Translations under genes and position numbers: made by a program
Assembly (NCBI GenBank): GCA_964036045.1
Contig: OZ038378.1
Location: forward strand, 185,132,001 to 185,196,000
Length of the DNA stretch: 64,000 nt
Origin: Eutreptiella sp. 'Long Island Sound 2002'
Taxonomy: Eukaryota; Protista; Euglenida
Direction of reading: 5' to 3'
The notes under the pieces: generated by a model
Databases searched by the model: none
What the model saw: only the letters and a program-made list of their open reading frames with translations
What the model was told of the DNA's origin: nothing
Part shown: in pieces, positions 24,919 to 36,975 of the stretch
Layout: the number at the start of each line of letters is the position of its first letter
Numbering within the stretch: the stretch's first letter is position 1

Positions 24919-25839
24919 CAAGTTGTGACCCATCTGCTCCATCACATGCCCGAGGGCCACTTGCGCATAATAGCCCATCACCTGCATCGGATGCTGCAAG
25001 GCTTCGGGAAGGGGGGCCTCGGTGCTGCGATTGCCGTGCCAGTTCGGGATGCTCATCCCGAACACCACGTTCTCGAGGCCGGGGCAGCCGTGCGCCGCAA
25101 TGCAGTGCCGCGCCACCGCGTCCCAGTGCAGCGCCAAGTCCGCAAACGGCACGAAGAACGTCCAGGGGGAGCCACTGGCAAACGTCAGGAAGTCCATGAC
25201 CTCCTGCTCCGTCCGCAACCCGAACAGCAGCAGCTGCCCCGGCGCTTTGCCGTGCACCTGCGACCACTCCACCCACAAGTCGTCGCCGTACTCGAACACC
25301 GAAGCGACGGCCCCCCCGTGCTCCGCGGTCGCGCGCCGCACCTCCGCCGCGACGCCGGAACTCGAGAACCCGCCGGAACTGGCAGACTCGCCGCGCCGCC
25401 GATCCTCCGCGGGGGTCCGGGGAAGTGCGACGTGCGGCCGGACCGCCCCGGTTGTGTTCCCAAGGAACCGCAGCCAGGCCGCGATCTCCTGCTGCAGTGT
25501 GGGAAAGTTGCGGGGCATCGCCCGCTGGTGCCCGGCGAGGCCGCTCGGCGTCTGCAACGTGGCGAGTACGAGGAACGGGTAGTGGGCCTCCGGGACCGCG
25601 ATGCTGCCAACGAGCGCGCCAGCGTCGGCCACCCCCGCGGCCGCCTCCACCGCTGAAGAGCCGTTGACTGCGGCGTCGTAGCGCCCGGTGACGAGGGCGA
25701 GGGCAGGGTCCTCGCCGTCCGCGCTGTACCGGAGACCCGCGTTGAAGTGCCGCTCCCAAGACGCGGCGTTCGGGTGGCCGAGGGGCAGGAGCTGAACGAA
25801 GCGGAGGGGCTCGGAGTCGTCGTCGTCGTCGTTGTCCAT
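24919..25839 (-). CDS. Receptor-type cyclase-like gene, first recognisable exon: type-1 periplasmic-binding-protein-like ectodomain
   Basis: A GC-rich 921-nt frame. LRFVQLLPLGHPNAASWERHFNAGLRYSA...PTLQQEIAAWLRFL resembles the Leu-binding-like folds of trypanosomatid receptor ACs. Donor TTG|GTATGC is phase 0 and matches exon 2. There is no signal peptide, so an upstream exon may be hidden by a 1-nt deletion near the ATG. Confidence 0.7.
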
Positions 25840-26116
25840 GGGTCAGACGGTGCAGGACCGCAAGGCCCTTTTGCGCGGCTGGCGAGGCACGCGGGCGTTC
25901 GTGGGCCTGGGGGGGCTCTGGTCAGAGGACGAAATCATTTGACAGAGGGCCCATACCGTCTGCAGACATGACAAAATGAGAGATTGGCCCTGTGCACGAC
26001 GAAACGATACAGACCAAGAGGGCGTGGCACCCCCGGGGGGGCAATGAATCCTTGGCCTGCGCCGAAGTACCAGCGACGCCACATGCATTGTTCTCACTGC
26101 GTCCATGCGAACTGTA

Positions 26117-26861
26117 CCCCCCCCGCCCCTTGTCGTTCCCCACCCCAGGGAAGACGGTCCCCCACCACCCCCTGGGGGACGGTCACCAAGTGACGGTCCC
26201 CCAGCCCCCCCTGGGGGACCGCACTACCACCGCGCGCGCACATTTGCAGGCACAGAAATTGCAGCATAAAACGAAAGAATTCAGCATAAGATACGTTCAA
26301 AGGGCTGCCCATGTACGGAGACCTACTCCTTGACCAGCTCGGTGTAAAATTTCTTGGTCCTGCTCCACTTCACCTTGAACTGTGGCACATGCTCTCCACT
26401 TTCCACTGGAATGCTTTGGGCAGCACTCTTGGGTGGTGGTTTTGCCTTCTTGGTAGGAGGCTTGGCAGGCGCAAGCAGATTTTTGGGAACCCATTTCCCT
26501 TCGGGAATGTCCCTTGTAAAATACAACTTGTTCCCAAAACTGTGTGCCATACCCCATACACCACGGGCACTCTTCACCCACACAACCTCCGTGTCAGAAT
26601 TCAGGTCACTATCATCATCCGTCTGATTTGTCCGGTCCCAGGGGGAAACATGGTTGTACTGTCAAGTTCCATTTCAGCGAAAGTAAGCAAAATGTCCCGC
26701 CATGAGTGCAAGGGATACAAGTGGCAGTGCCCCACAACACAGTCACCCACACAACAACACAATGAGCCGCAACAAAAAATTTTGGGTTGACCAAGTGACG
26801 GTCCCCCACCCCCCCCTGGGGAACGACAAGGGGTGGGGAACGACAAAGGGGGGGGGGGGGG
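26117..26861 (-). mobile_element. TA-flanked non-autonomous DNA transposon (745 bp) carrying a transposase C-terminal fragment
   Basis: TA|CCCCCCCCGCCCCTTGTCGTTCCCCACCCC ... GGGGTGGGGAACGACAAA(G)n|TA. Subterminal CAAGTGACGGTCCCCC occurs near both ends. The internal ORF 26323-26583 is homologous to part of the 59124-60249 element. Confidence 0.8.
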
Positions 26862-27099
26862 TACCAACTGCAAACCAGGCAGCTCATTGCAGTGACAACG
26901 CAAAACGTGTGGCTGTGTTGTGGCTGGGGTTTGGCATGGTCTGGCACGATTGGGTAAGGGTCTGGCTGGGGTCTGGCTCGGGTGTGGCTGGAGTTTTGGC
27001 AGGGGGTTCAGGCGAGGGTCGGGCTGGGCTTCGGCTGGGATATGGCTGGGGTGTGGCAGAAGGCACAATCATCATTTACACAGCAACGGTTCATGAGTC

Positions 27100-27400
27100 C
27101 AGTACCCACCGCAATGAATGACATTACGGTCTGCAAAAAGCCCAAAACAAAGTGAATGAGCAGACACTATCTTACACAAAGTTTGTGCTGGACATCTGGT
27201 AGAGGTCAAACAGGTCCCGTCAGTGAACAGTGGCAACACTATGTCCCAATGTGGTATCCGTTCAGGGAGCAGGCGCCAAACAGTCGAGTGTAGGGGCAAC
27301 CTACTCCACTCGTGCTCTCGCGAGGCCGCCTCCTCTTGTTTGAAGGTGGAGAGGATGGGGGTCATTCATACACGGTGGAGTTGTTCCTCCATGAGGACGT
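27100..27400 (-). pseudogene. Possible highly decayed DDE transposase fragment
   Basis: WRLLPERIPHWDIVLPLFTDGTCL loosely resembles the first-Asp (DG/DT) region of PIF/Harbinger-type transposases. It is frameshifted. Confidence 0.25.
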
Positions 27401-30400
27401 TGACCTCTTGTACCGTAAGGTGGGGATGATTGATACCCTAATGCGCTCATTTTCAAGTCGCAAGGGGGGATACGGGCCCAAACGGGTTTGCTGGATTTGC
27501 GGGGTTGCGAGAAGGGGAGAAGGAGAGGCCCGTGCCCTCCATCATCGTGGTGGGGCTGCCAACCCGGCGCCGACTGGCTGGGGCCCGTCAGCCCCTGGGG
27601 ACGTGAGATGGCCTACCACGTGAGGACACATCGCCCCCTCGGTGTGGACGAGGAAACTCAATGCTGCCCCCCAGAATGGGCCGGGGCGCCCCCCTCTGCG
27701 CTTTGGGCCCCACGTGCATGGCCCCGCCCGGGCCCATCACCAACAGTGGAGCCGGATGGTCAAGCCCCACACCGGGCTGCGGTATAGGCAACCCTTGTGC
27801 CACCTGGTCGGCCGTTACGTGGGCTGCGCTGCGAGCTGCTTCCAAGGATGGTGCTGCCACCGCCAAAAGTGGTACCGCCGCCGCACCGAGTGCCACACAG
27901 CCATCTGCACCATTTGTCCCAACTGCCACCACATGAGGCCCCACCGGTGCGTATGCCGGTGTCCCCGTCCCCTGCGGCTCCACCGGTGATACCGCACCTC
28001 CTCCCGGTGCGGCTTGCGACGACAAGGCCTACACTAGGGTGGGGCTGCTGGGGGTGAGCCCACCGGAGGGGGAATATCAGACATTGGTCAGGAAAATTAT
28101 AAACACACTATGCACGGGGCAGAGTATCTAAACTGCAGTTTAGGGTGTCAAGCTTTGGTTTAGTTCAGTTCTTGACCCCAACCCCCGCGGCATGGGCAGG
28201 GGGGTCCAAAGGGGGCTGGTGGGGTTTTTTTCCGGGTTTTGGGGGCATTTTCGAATTTCCTGCTTCATTCTGAGCAATTGAATAAAACAAATCAGGGGGT
28301 ACAATCCCCGTTTACCATTCACCACAGATCGGGGAAAATAGGGGGAAACGGGGGAAGAAATTCTGTGCCCCAGTCCACAGAGGCGAAAAAAATTGTCCGT
28401 GCGCCGCTAGGGCCCAAGACCGTTATTTCCCATTCGTCCACGCACACGCTTTTTCCCTTACTCGGGCTGGCACAGATGTTGCAGTGTTCATATGTTGCAC
28501 CACAGGCCAGACTTACAGGGGTCTTACATGTTGGGCTGGACCCCCAATGTGGCACCACCTAGGCTCTAGGATGGTCAGAGGAGAGTAGAGCCTGACATGT
28601 TGGGACGGAATGGCCAAAACGATGTTATGCTTGTTGCTTGTTGCTGGTTGCTTGCTTGTTAGCTAGATTTATGGGGAGAGGGGTGTGGTAATACGTATTG
28701 GGGGTATGGCCTGTGTAGTTTGCCCTCACTCTGAAGTCCACAGTGGATCACGCAATATACTCACAGGATTCTGGTAAGAAAAGCTTTCAGGCCTGAAAGC
28801 ATCAACACAGTGCCTCCAAAGCCCAAGCCAACCCCCTAAACCGCGCAGCCTTGCATCAAGTATCATCAATCTTGTGCACACCAGCCCTGCGCCCGAAAGT
28901 CAAACCCGACCTCCACGGCCTCCTACATATTTGCAAGCATCATTTGTCTCAGACGCTTGTCTCCGCTTGTCGCACGCAAGAGTGTGTGTCTGTTCATGTT
29001 CTCTGCTTTTCCTTTCGTGTTTTTGTACTCCCCCTTTTGTTAAGCAATGTTTCCTGTTTTCAGTCACCCGACCCGCTGAAACCAGTAGCTGCAGAGCATT
29101 CTGGGCAGCAGGAACAAGTCACTGTGGGCAGTAGCATTGCAACAACGAGCTCAGTTGCAAATGGTTCGTGTTCTCTTTCAGCGACGCCTGAGGCTGCCAA
29201 CACCGGCACGACGCCGGATCTCACTGACATTCTGCAACGCCTCCGGACAGACCGGGACCGATGGATGCCTCCACTACGAGAGAAGCTCAAGCTGCCCAGG
29301 GGTTCTGCCAAGAGGTTTAGACCTTCATGCGTGCTCTGGCTGCCGTCATTGTACTGCCGGTCCCGCGATATTGGGGTTCGGTGGGGGCCGCGGGGGGGGG
29401 GGGGTTAGCAGACCCACCCCAGCACAACCCACACAGGGTGAGCTGCGAGCACGATCCTTGTTCCACCATCCAGATGACTGGAAAACAGGAGAGTCCACGA
29501 GGACAACGCCGCAACTGGCAGTGGGTTGAGCAACGAATCCCTGTGTTGTTAGTCAAGTGCGGGTTAGAGCGCCTGTGTGTACGTCCTTCTGACATTCACG
29601 GGCCCTTCTTGGGCTACCTTTCATAGAGGCGGCTTGGGGGGAACACAGGAAGCCAAGGGTGGTTTGGGGTACCATGGAAAGCGAATAAGAACAGGTAGCC
29701 ACCCGAGAGGACCGAGACAGCACAGCCGGTGGCTCCAGCAAAGCACCATGAATGGCAGAAATATTGCAGGCGGAGAGCCAGGATCCGGTGGTATACGACC
29801 AGGATGACGGAGACACAGCCCAGTGATAGATAGTCGTGCCACAAGGGGGAAGGGGGAGGGGGGCTGTGCATGGGAGGAAGGGGGACGGGTGTCATTGGGG
29901 GGAGGAGTAGCAGTGGTTTGGGGTGAGGGGAGGGGGATCAACCATGGGGCAGGGGTGGGGGAGAGGGGCAGTGGTATAGGGTCAGGGGAGGAGGGTCATG
30001 CGGCAAGGCCGGCAGGCAGTGGCATTGAGGGGACAGGGGGCATAGCCATTTGACGGAGGGGGGCAGTGGCATTTGGGTTGGGAGTGGCTGTGCAGGCAAG
30101 GAGGTGGGGTGGCCTTGCGGGGTGGAGAGCGGGGCAGTGGCATGGATGCCCGTTTCGATACCCCCCCTATCTCGCCACTGGCATAACCTCAGAACATGCC
30201 ACCAAACAAGACTTGCAGGTACCTTTGGGGCTGGAATTCTTGTTTATGGGCAGTTTGGAAGCTCTGCTTTTTGAGTCGTTTCTTGCGTTCTACACGCCTT
30301 CCCGCCCCCTCAGCTCCTCTACTACAACAGCCAACTGTTCCTCCCATTGGTGCAGCTTTCAGAAGGACGCTATCCTGTAGTTTTAGCACGTGCTACGCCA

Positions 30401-31391
30401 AGATGGCATGACGACGCCTTTGCCGCATTCCATGGTCAATGCAAAGACCGCTTCACGGTGTGGGACCAATACAAAAATTGCAGGTCTGCAAAGGAATCGA
30501 CGAGGATGGCCAACCTCAGGCTCCGGTCTGCGAAGCTCACACCCAATCTCCACCCCGTTTTGGGGACCTGGGTTCCCCAAATCAGCCCGAATCAGGGGAT
30601 TTCTGGCTGCAGCGGTAAAAAGGACACTTTAATAAAGGTTCTTGAGTTGTGATGAGAACTACGTCTGTATTGCACTGTGTTGACCTTTTGTTATCCAACA
30701 ATTCTGATGGAAAACTGTGCTGTTTGTGGCAGCATGGGGGTCACCTTGGGCTTGCCGAGTTTGAGGAACAACAACTGGCGTTGCAACAGCGTCTCTGTTG
30801 AGTTCATGGTGTGTGCAGTACCTTCAACCTTCTCCGTTTGTTTTTTGCAACGACAGCTGCAGCCTCATCAGTACAAAGGATCAATGGAAGCAGTGCCAAG
30901 ACTCCTGTCAGGAAAATGAAATCACTGGAACCTAGGCCAGCCGGTGCCAGAATGCATGTTGCTAAACATGTGACGGTGCCCCAACGTGTTGAAAAGCTCA
31001 GTGCCGTAAAGGCTTTTCAAACAAGAGAACTTGTAGCAATGGGCCTGGCCCGCGTCAGTGCTCTGCCCTCTGCGACTGGGTCTTCTTTTTGGTGATGGAC
31101 AGATGTGGAGCCAGTCACAGCCCCGCCCCCAAAAGATTTTTTCTGGTTCTTGTGCAGTTCGGGCCATTAGCAGCCCCGTTGATTGTCGGGATTTTCGAGA
31201 AAAAAGTCGCTCCGTGGTCTGTATGTCATAGTTCAGCAGTTCACTGTCAGAGAGGGGTGGCAGCTGAGTGGTATACACCTGGCATCTAATCCACCTTTTC
31301 CCCAGTATTTGCAAAAGAACAACCATCGGCGTTGCACAGCCCATAGTCAAAGGCAACGCTGACACGCTGACGACTATCAGCAAAGTCCGAA

Positions 31392-32879
31392 TCAATGCGA
31401 AGCGTCGTCGTCATCTGAACTGGACTCAAACAACGGTTGCAACACCCCACAATCCTCCTCCTGCAGCTGCACCTCCTCCTCCTCCTCCTCCTCCTCCTCC
31501 CCCTTCACCCCCGGTCCGGCTACTTGAGCCACTCGGAGCGTGTGCAATATCACCTGCTTCGCCACCTCCCGCCTAAGCACCTCCTCCGGGACGTCATACC
31601 CCGAGAAGGCACAGCCCGGGTTCACTTCATTCACGCACAGTTCCGTTCGGCCCGGGTCCACGAACAGCATGTCGACCCCCGCGTAGAACAGGCCCAGGGC
31701 CCGGGTGGCCGCCACCGCCATCGCCGCGTGCTCCGGGGACAGTCTGTACAGTGGGTCCGTGGTGCGCCCGTCCACGCCGGCACGGAACTCGTCCGCGGAC
31801 CCGGCGATGCGCCGCATGCACTTCACCACCTCCCCGCGCAGCACGAAGGCCCGCACGTCGGTGCCCAGCGAGTGGCGCATGCACTCCTGCAGCACCCACC
31901 CGCGCGCCCACCCCTGCTCCTCGCACCCCGCCATGACGCGGCGCAGGTGCCGCCACAGCGCCGCGCGGTCCTCCACGAGCACCACCCCTTCGCCCCGCGT
32001 CCCGTTCGTCGGCTTCAGCACGCAGGGGAACGTCGGGAACGCGAAGGGGGCGTCGCGCCGCATCGCCTCCGCCCAGTAGTCGAAGTCCACCCGCACGGTC
32101 CGCGGCGTCCGGACGCCCGCCCGGTGGAGCGCCTCGAACGTCGCGAACTTGTCGGCGGCGCGCAGCCGCGACGCGCCGTCGATCACCACGACGCCGTGCT
32201 CGCCGCAGAGCCGCTCCAGCGCCGCGGGCGGGTGGATCGCGAAGTGCGGCACGGCGAACGGCTTCAGGTGCCGGCACGTCCCCGCCATCTCCGCCTCCGT
32301 CTTGACGGCCACCCCCCATTTTTTAAGGAACGAGCGGAAGGCCGAGACCTGTCCGGACCACCCGTGGTAGCCGGGGTACCCGGCGAGATACGCGTCGCAG
32401 CTCAGGTGCGTGACGCCGGGGAAACAGGCGAAGATCGCCGCAACGTCCAGCGCGGGGTAGCCCTTGATCAGGAGGGTGCCCACCGAAGGGCACGAGAGCC
32501 CCTCGGTCAATCGGAGCGCGGGGTTGGCCCCGACGTTCAGCCACTTCAGGCCCGAGAGGTGCCGGATGCCGTCGATGCTCCGCAGCGCGTTGCTGAAGCC
32601 GGACAGGTCGCTGAGGCCCGGCAGGTCGCCGGCGATGAAATCGAAATCGGTCAGGCCGTTCCAGTCCAGGTAGAGCTTCCGCAGCGAGGGCAGCTCGCAA
32701 ATCCGCGCCAGCCCGGGGCTCTGGGACGTGATTCCGGCCGAGCACAGGATCAGACAGTCCAGGCCACGGTACTGGGCAGGCTCGAAGCGGAACGGACCGC
32801 GCTCGGGGGCTCGAGCGTGGCTGCTGCAATCGCCTTCGTCTGCGGGCGTTGGGTGCGGCTCCATGACGGCCACCACCAT
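31392..32879 (-). CDS. Intronless leucine-rich-repeat / RimK-family ATP-grasp ligase fusion protein (495 aa)
   Basis: N-terminal LRRs: LPSLRKLYLDWNGL, LPGLSDLSGFSNAL, LSGLKWLNVGANP. RimK/LysX motifs: AADKFATFEAL..AGVRTPRT, FPCVLKPTNGTRGEGVVLV, VLQEC, DVRAFV, LGLFYAGVDML, VNEVNP. Acidic tail, strong GC3 bias, TGA stop. Confidence 0.92.
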   Translation of the reverse strand: MVVAVMEPHPTPADEGDCSSHARAPERGPFRFEPAQYRGLDCLILCSAGITSQSPGLARICELPSLRKLYLDWNGLTDFDFIAGDLPGLSDLSGFSNALRSIDGIRHLSGLKWLNVGANPALRLTEGLSCPSVGTLLIKGYPALDVAAIFACFPGVTHLSCDAYLAGYPGYHGWSGQVSAFRSFLKKWGVAVKTEAEMAGTCRHLKPFAVPHFAIHPPAALERLCGEHGVVVIDGASRLRAADKFATFEALHRAGVRTPRTVRVDFDYWAEAMRRDAPFAFPTFPCVLKPTNGTRGEGVVLVEDRAALWRHLRRVMAGCEEQGWARGWVLQECMRHSLGTDVRAFVLRGEVVKCMRRIAGSADEFRAGVDGRTTDPLYRLSPEHAAMAVAATRALGLFYAGVDMLFVDPGRTELCVNEVNPGCAFSGYDVPEEVLRREVAKQVILHTLRVAQVAGPGVKGEEEEEEEEEVQLQEEDCGVLQPLFESSSDDDDASH

Positions 32880-32900
32880 TGGGCCTCAAGGAGACGATGA

Positions 32901-32960
32901 CTGCACACAACGCCGCCGCATTGTAAACATGAGCAAGAGCAAAGACTTGGAAGAGATGAA
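32901..32960 (-). promoter_or_regulatory. Pyrimidine tract and AG acceptor 21 nt upstream of the LRR-RimK ATG (candidate spliced-leader acceptor)
   Basis: Minus strand ...TCTTTGCTCTTGCTCATGTTTACAATGCGGCGGCGTTGTGTGCAG|TCATCGTCTCCTTGAGGCCCA-ATG. Confidence 0.4.
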
Positions 32961-34690
32961 AACGAGTTCAGGGGGATGACTTTCTCCCAGCATCGCCATG
33001 TTCACACCCCATGCCCCTGCCCCTGCCCCCTTACCGTCACCCTTGCCGTTTCCGCTCCTCCTTCTTCCTACTCTGCCCCCCCTTTGATATCCCCACCCCT
33101 TTTGTGCGACGACAGCCCCCCCCTCCCCCCCCTCCCCCCGGTCGGGAGAACGGTCATCAAGTGATGGTTCCCGAAACCACCCCCCGAGGGAATTGCACCA
33201 CTAAACAGCACCAAGGAGGAGTGTTTGCCAAGCGCGTGTGCAGCACGCTACCCTTGGGCAATTGTCCAGGACTTTAGATCCGGATTTATCATCCCCTTGA
33301 GCAGCCTCCAAGCACATCAGTAGAATGGCCCCCGTTTTAGCCAAATCAACTCCAAAACCATCCCTGCAGAGCACACAACAGAATAGCAAATCTGTCAACT
33401 CAAATTGCAGCAGAAATGCTAAAGAATCCCTGCCGTTCCCCAGGGCGGGGAGCTCTTGGATAGCACTTGGTATAGCACTGGTCAGGGGCGTTCGGCCTGA
33501 AAAGATGCCCGGCGCGCACATGGCGCACTAACCTTCCCTCCAACGTGTGAACCTCGCAATGCATACAACGAAACCACATGTGTATTTGTCAAATGCAAAG
33601 TCATTGAATATACTGGCCTGCAAAGATGCCGAGTATTGCACCAAATATGATCGCCTTTGCAGAGAATGCATGGTGTACATGCATGTCGCCCTTGCAACAT
33701 AACCAGTAGGCGCAGCAGGTCGTCCAACCCTGAGACGGTCTTGGCGCACTGTGCGCGCACGGTGCAGTGTTCTTGAGAACAATGTATGGTTCCGCCCCTG
33801 AAAACCTGCTACCCCAGCCCCCCCTTGAAATCTCCCCCCTAATGTTGTGACGGTTCTCCCACCGGGGGGGGGGTGATTGCACCACACAACGGTAGCACTA
33901 AAACTGCAGCAATTCCAGTATAATCTAAAGAAAAGTTTCTCTTTGGCGTCTAGTATTTTCTCTGCTTTTGGGGCGAAGTGATGGGTTCCCCCCCAAGGAG
34001 GGGGGGGGGGGGACCCCAAATAGGTCCCAAGAGGAACCAAAAACGGATGTGTAGTTCCTGGATGGTTGCTGTTGATTCCTGGGGTTTTGGGTGGTTGCTA
34101 GTGGGGAGCTTTGGTCAAGCTTTGGTAGAGGGCTTCTTACTCACAGCCATAGAGTATGAATTAAAACTAGGCTCAGGCCGCCAAGCCGGGATCCATACAC
34201 AGGATGCGATTGAAACTTCTCTCAGATTCTTGGAACATGGTGGAAGACCTATATGCCTTGTGAATACCGACCCCATGTTGGTGCCATTGTCTGGTCCCCA
34301 AGAGATACAAACCTCAGAATGATTGCCATGTCGGGCTGATCATTTTGAGGAAAAGTTGGTGTGGGACAAAATTTTTCTTTCGCGTCTAGAAGGCTCCATT
34401 CACAGGATTTTTCTCTATCTCTGTTGTCGCCCGCGTAACCCATTACATCACGCTGGACCCCACACGTCACACTTACGCCAACCACAACAGACCACGACAG
34501 ATGACTGATTGATTGCCCATTGGGCGTGGCAGGTACGACTGCACTATTAGAAGGGTAAACACATTCTATGGCTGTACGATGCTTAGACCACAGGTCCGCT
34601 CGGTTTCGGGGGGCACTAGTACTGTACATAAATGGACCTTCTGCTTTCTGGGGTTCTCCTGAGTACACCTTGAGCGTCGGTAACTAAAAA

Positions 34691-34912
34691 AAAAAACATA
34701 AACGGTCGGCACCTAGGGTAGATCTTGAACATGCGAGGTGGAAGAAATGTTCCAGGGGGGGGGGGGGGTTCTGAAAAAAGGGGCTCAAAGGTTGGAACTG
34801 TTCAAGTGAACATTGCTGCTGAAGGGGCTGGGAGACATGCCCCAGCCCTTTATGTCGCCTACAACAAAAGCCAAAGGCACGATACCCAGTGAGTTGACCG
34901 TTTATGTTTTTT
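34691..34912. repeat. Perfect 17-bp inverted repeat pair enclosing ~190 bp (MITE-like)
   Basis: AAAAAACATAAACGGTC (34691-34707) and GACCGTTTATGTTTTTT (34896-34912). No clear TSD. Confidence 0.6.
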
Positions 34913-36299
34913 GCATGCCTTTGGTACTTTGGAGCACCTCAGCTGCACTTCCTACAACAAGAAGTGTTACTATACAATAAACAACTACACTTTGTGCCTT
35001 TGTGGGGTACATGTTTGCCCGAAGTAAAGCATTGGTAGACTGCATCTTGCATCTGCACATGGGTCCCAAAATACCGGACCATGGGCATCAAAACCGCATC
35101 CACACAATGCATTGCCCTGTGGCATGCCAAAGAAAAAGTTGGAACCAAGCTTCAAGCAAACCACCCACCTCCCCATTCCCTGCCCATGAGGTCCATAGGG
35201 TGTGTGCTCTTGGAAAGTGAGGCAAGCGTTCTTGTTTTTGAATATAAATGTCACCAACTGTCACATTTGGCGATTTTTTTTGATGGGTAGGAGTGAGTAG
35301 GTTTGTTGCCTGCAGAAGGTACCCCCAATAGAGGGTTGGGATGCCCAGAGGGCCAGAAGCGCGCACCTTGGAATGCTGCTCCCGGAACCCAGGTTTTCCC
35401 TGGAAGAAGGACCCCATAATACACCCCAAAATACCAATTCCTTGGCCATGTTTTTGCACTGTGCACACCGCATGCACATTGCAAAGACCCCTCCACCAAG
35501 CCACCTCACAACACGGCAAAGCAACAAAGCCAACAGGACACACATTGACCCAGTGCCAACCGGGTACTGTGATGCACCTATAAACATCTCAATTAGCGTT
35601 GTAGAGTAAAGCTATCCTTTTGTGTGTATGTGTGTGTTCCGGCGCTATGCGTGTGCAGCAGCCCCTAAAGGGTCCGCAGCCATGAGCACACACGGACACC
35701 GGGTCCGAAACCATTTACAGCCTCCATCTTGGGACCTGTAGTTTCACACGGGTGAGGTGTGCCCTCAAGAAAGACACCATAGGGGGCAAAACTTGCGTGT
35801 AGACTGTCACATCCATGTAGCTGGGGCTACCACAATCCTGGTTGAAGAACTGGACCAACACTAATGTCATGAGAGTCCATTGCCTACTTGAATATGTTGT
35901 GTGTCATCTGTGTGTCATCGTTGTTGTCAACACAACACCGGGCTGAAAAACTTGGGTCGTTTTACGAGTAGTCTAAGTTAGAGTCCTACAAGCAACACAT
36001 ACCTACATTTGCTACTACCCCATCTACAACTGCGTTGTGTGTCAGGGGCGGGGACACATGTGTGATCTAGACTATGCTAGACACATTCCAGCCTCAGGGG
36101 GCGCACGGTGAAGAGGATACGCAGCCTATGGCATATGTGTTGATGGTGCTACCACCTTTGTGCAAGATATGTCTGCCGTGACGAGTCCCACGCCATCATG
36201 GACTGCAGGTAAGCTGTACAGCATATTGAAGTATCCCTTGGGATCACCGGTTGGGGTTGTGTCCTGCCAACCGGATGTAGCACAGCGACTCAAGTGTGG

Positions 36300-36760
36300 C
36301 CACGCGGCGTCGTACCTTCCTAGGTGACGGGTTGTGGGGCCGTTTCCGTTTCTTTGACATGCAGAGGACGTGCCGCCCAACTATGCGACCACCACACATG
36401 TTTAAGTGGCAAGTGCCGCACTCTGATATATCACTCGCACGGTGGCCACACAACTCACACACTAACACCATTGTCATTTTCCTCCTCTTCCTCGGTAGCC
36501 TCATCATGTGCCCACATAGACTCATGCACATGAGGCCAAGGTCCATAGGATGATATCTGCTTTGTCTTTGGATACAAAATTGAGTGAGATGAAGCAAAAT
36601 ATGTACATGACGGTGCAATTGCCATCAGGTGGTGATGCACTCCTAGAGGGAGTACTCGCACCGTGCGCACACCGTGCGTGCACCATGTGCGCACTGTGCC
36701 AAGTATTCGAACAACTTCCCCAGCAGATGGTCTACTGGGAGAGGGGTTGTAGATGGTACC
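36300..36760 (-). pseudogene. Decayed PIF/Harbinger-like transposase 3' fragment with a C-terminal Cys cluster
   Basis: The frameshifted pieces LHRHVHILLHLTQFCIQRQSRY, YGPWPHVHESMW and VCELCGHRASDISECGTCHLNMC match the 38190-38879 ORF. Confidence 0.75.
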
Positions 36761-36830
36761 TGGTAGGCTCTGAAGTGTTACCATTCCCCCTAGTTGGCTC
36801 TCAACGGTTGTTGTCCTATCCTCTTGGGCC

Positions 36831-36975
36831 TTGGATGGTCACTGTTATTTTTCCTGATGGGTTGTGGATAGTTGCTGTTATTTCTTGTTGGGTCCTGGAT
36901 GGTTGCTCTTATTTCCTACTATGTCCCGATGGTTACCGTTTTCCTTATGGGCCATGGATGGTTACCGTTATTTCT
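36831..36975. repeat. ~31-bp minisatellite (TGGATGGTTGCTGTTATTTCCT core), ~5 copies; related arrays at ~10420-10515 and ~34058-34100
   Basis: The core motif is directly visible at all three loci. Confidence 0.75.

Noticed and set aside
31437-32910. Antisense and alternate-frame ORFs (487, 230, 195 aa), and similar ones at 24719-25759 and 47346-48362
   Set aside because: These are shadow ORFs of GC-rich real genes with no independent motifs.
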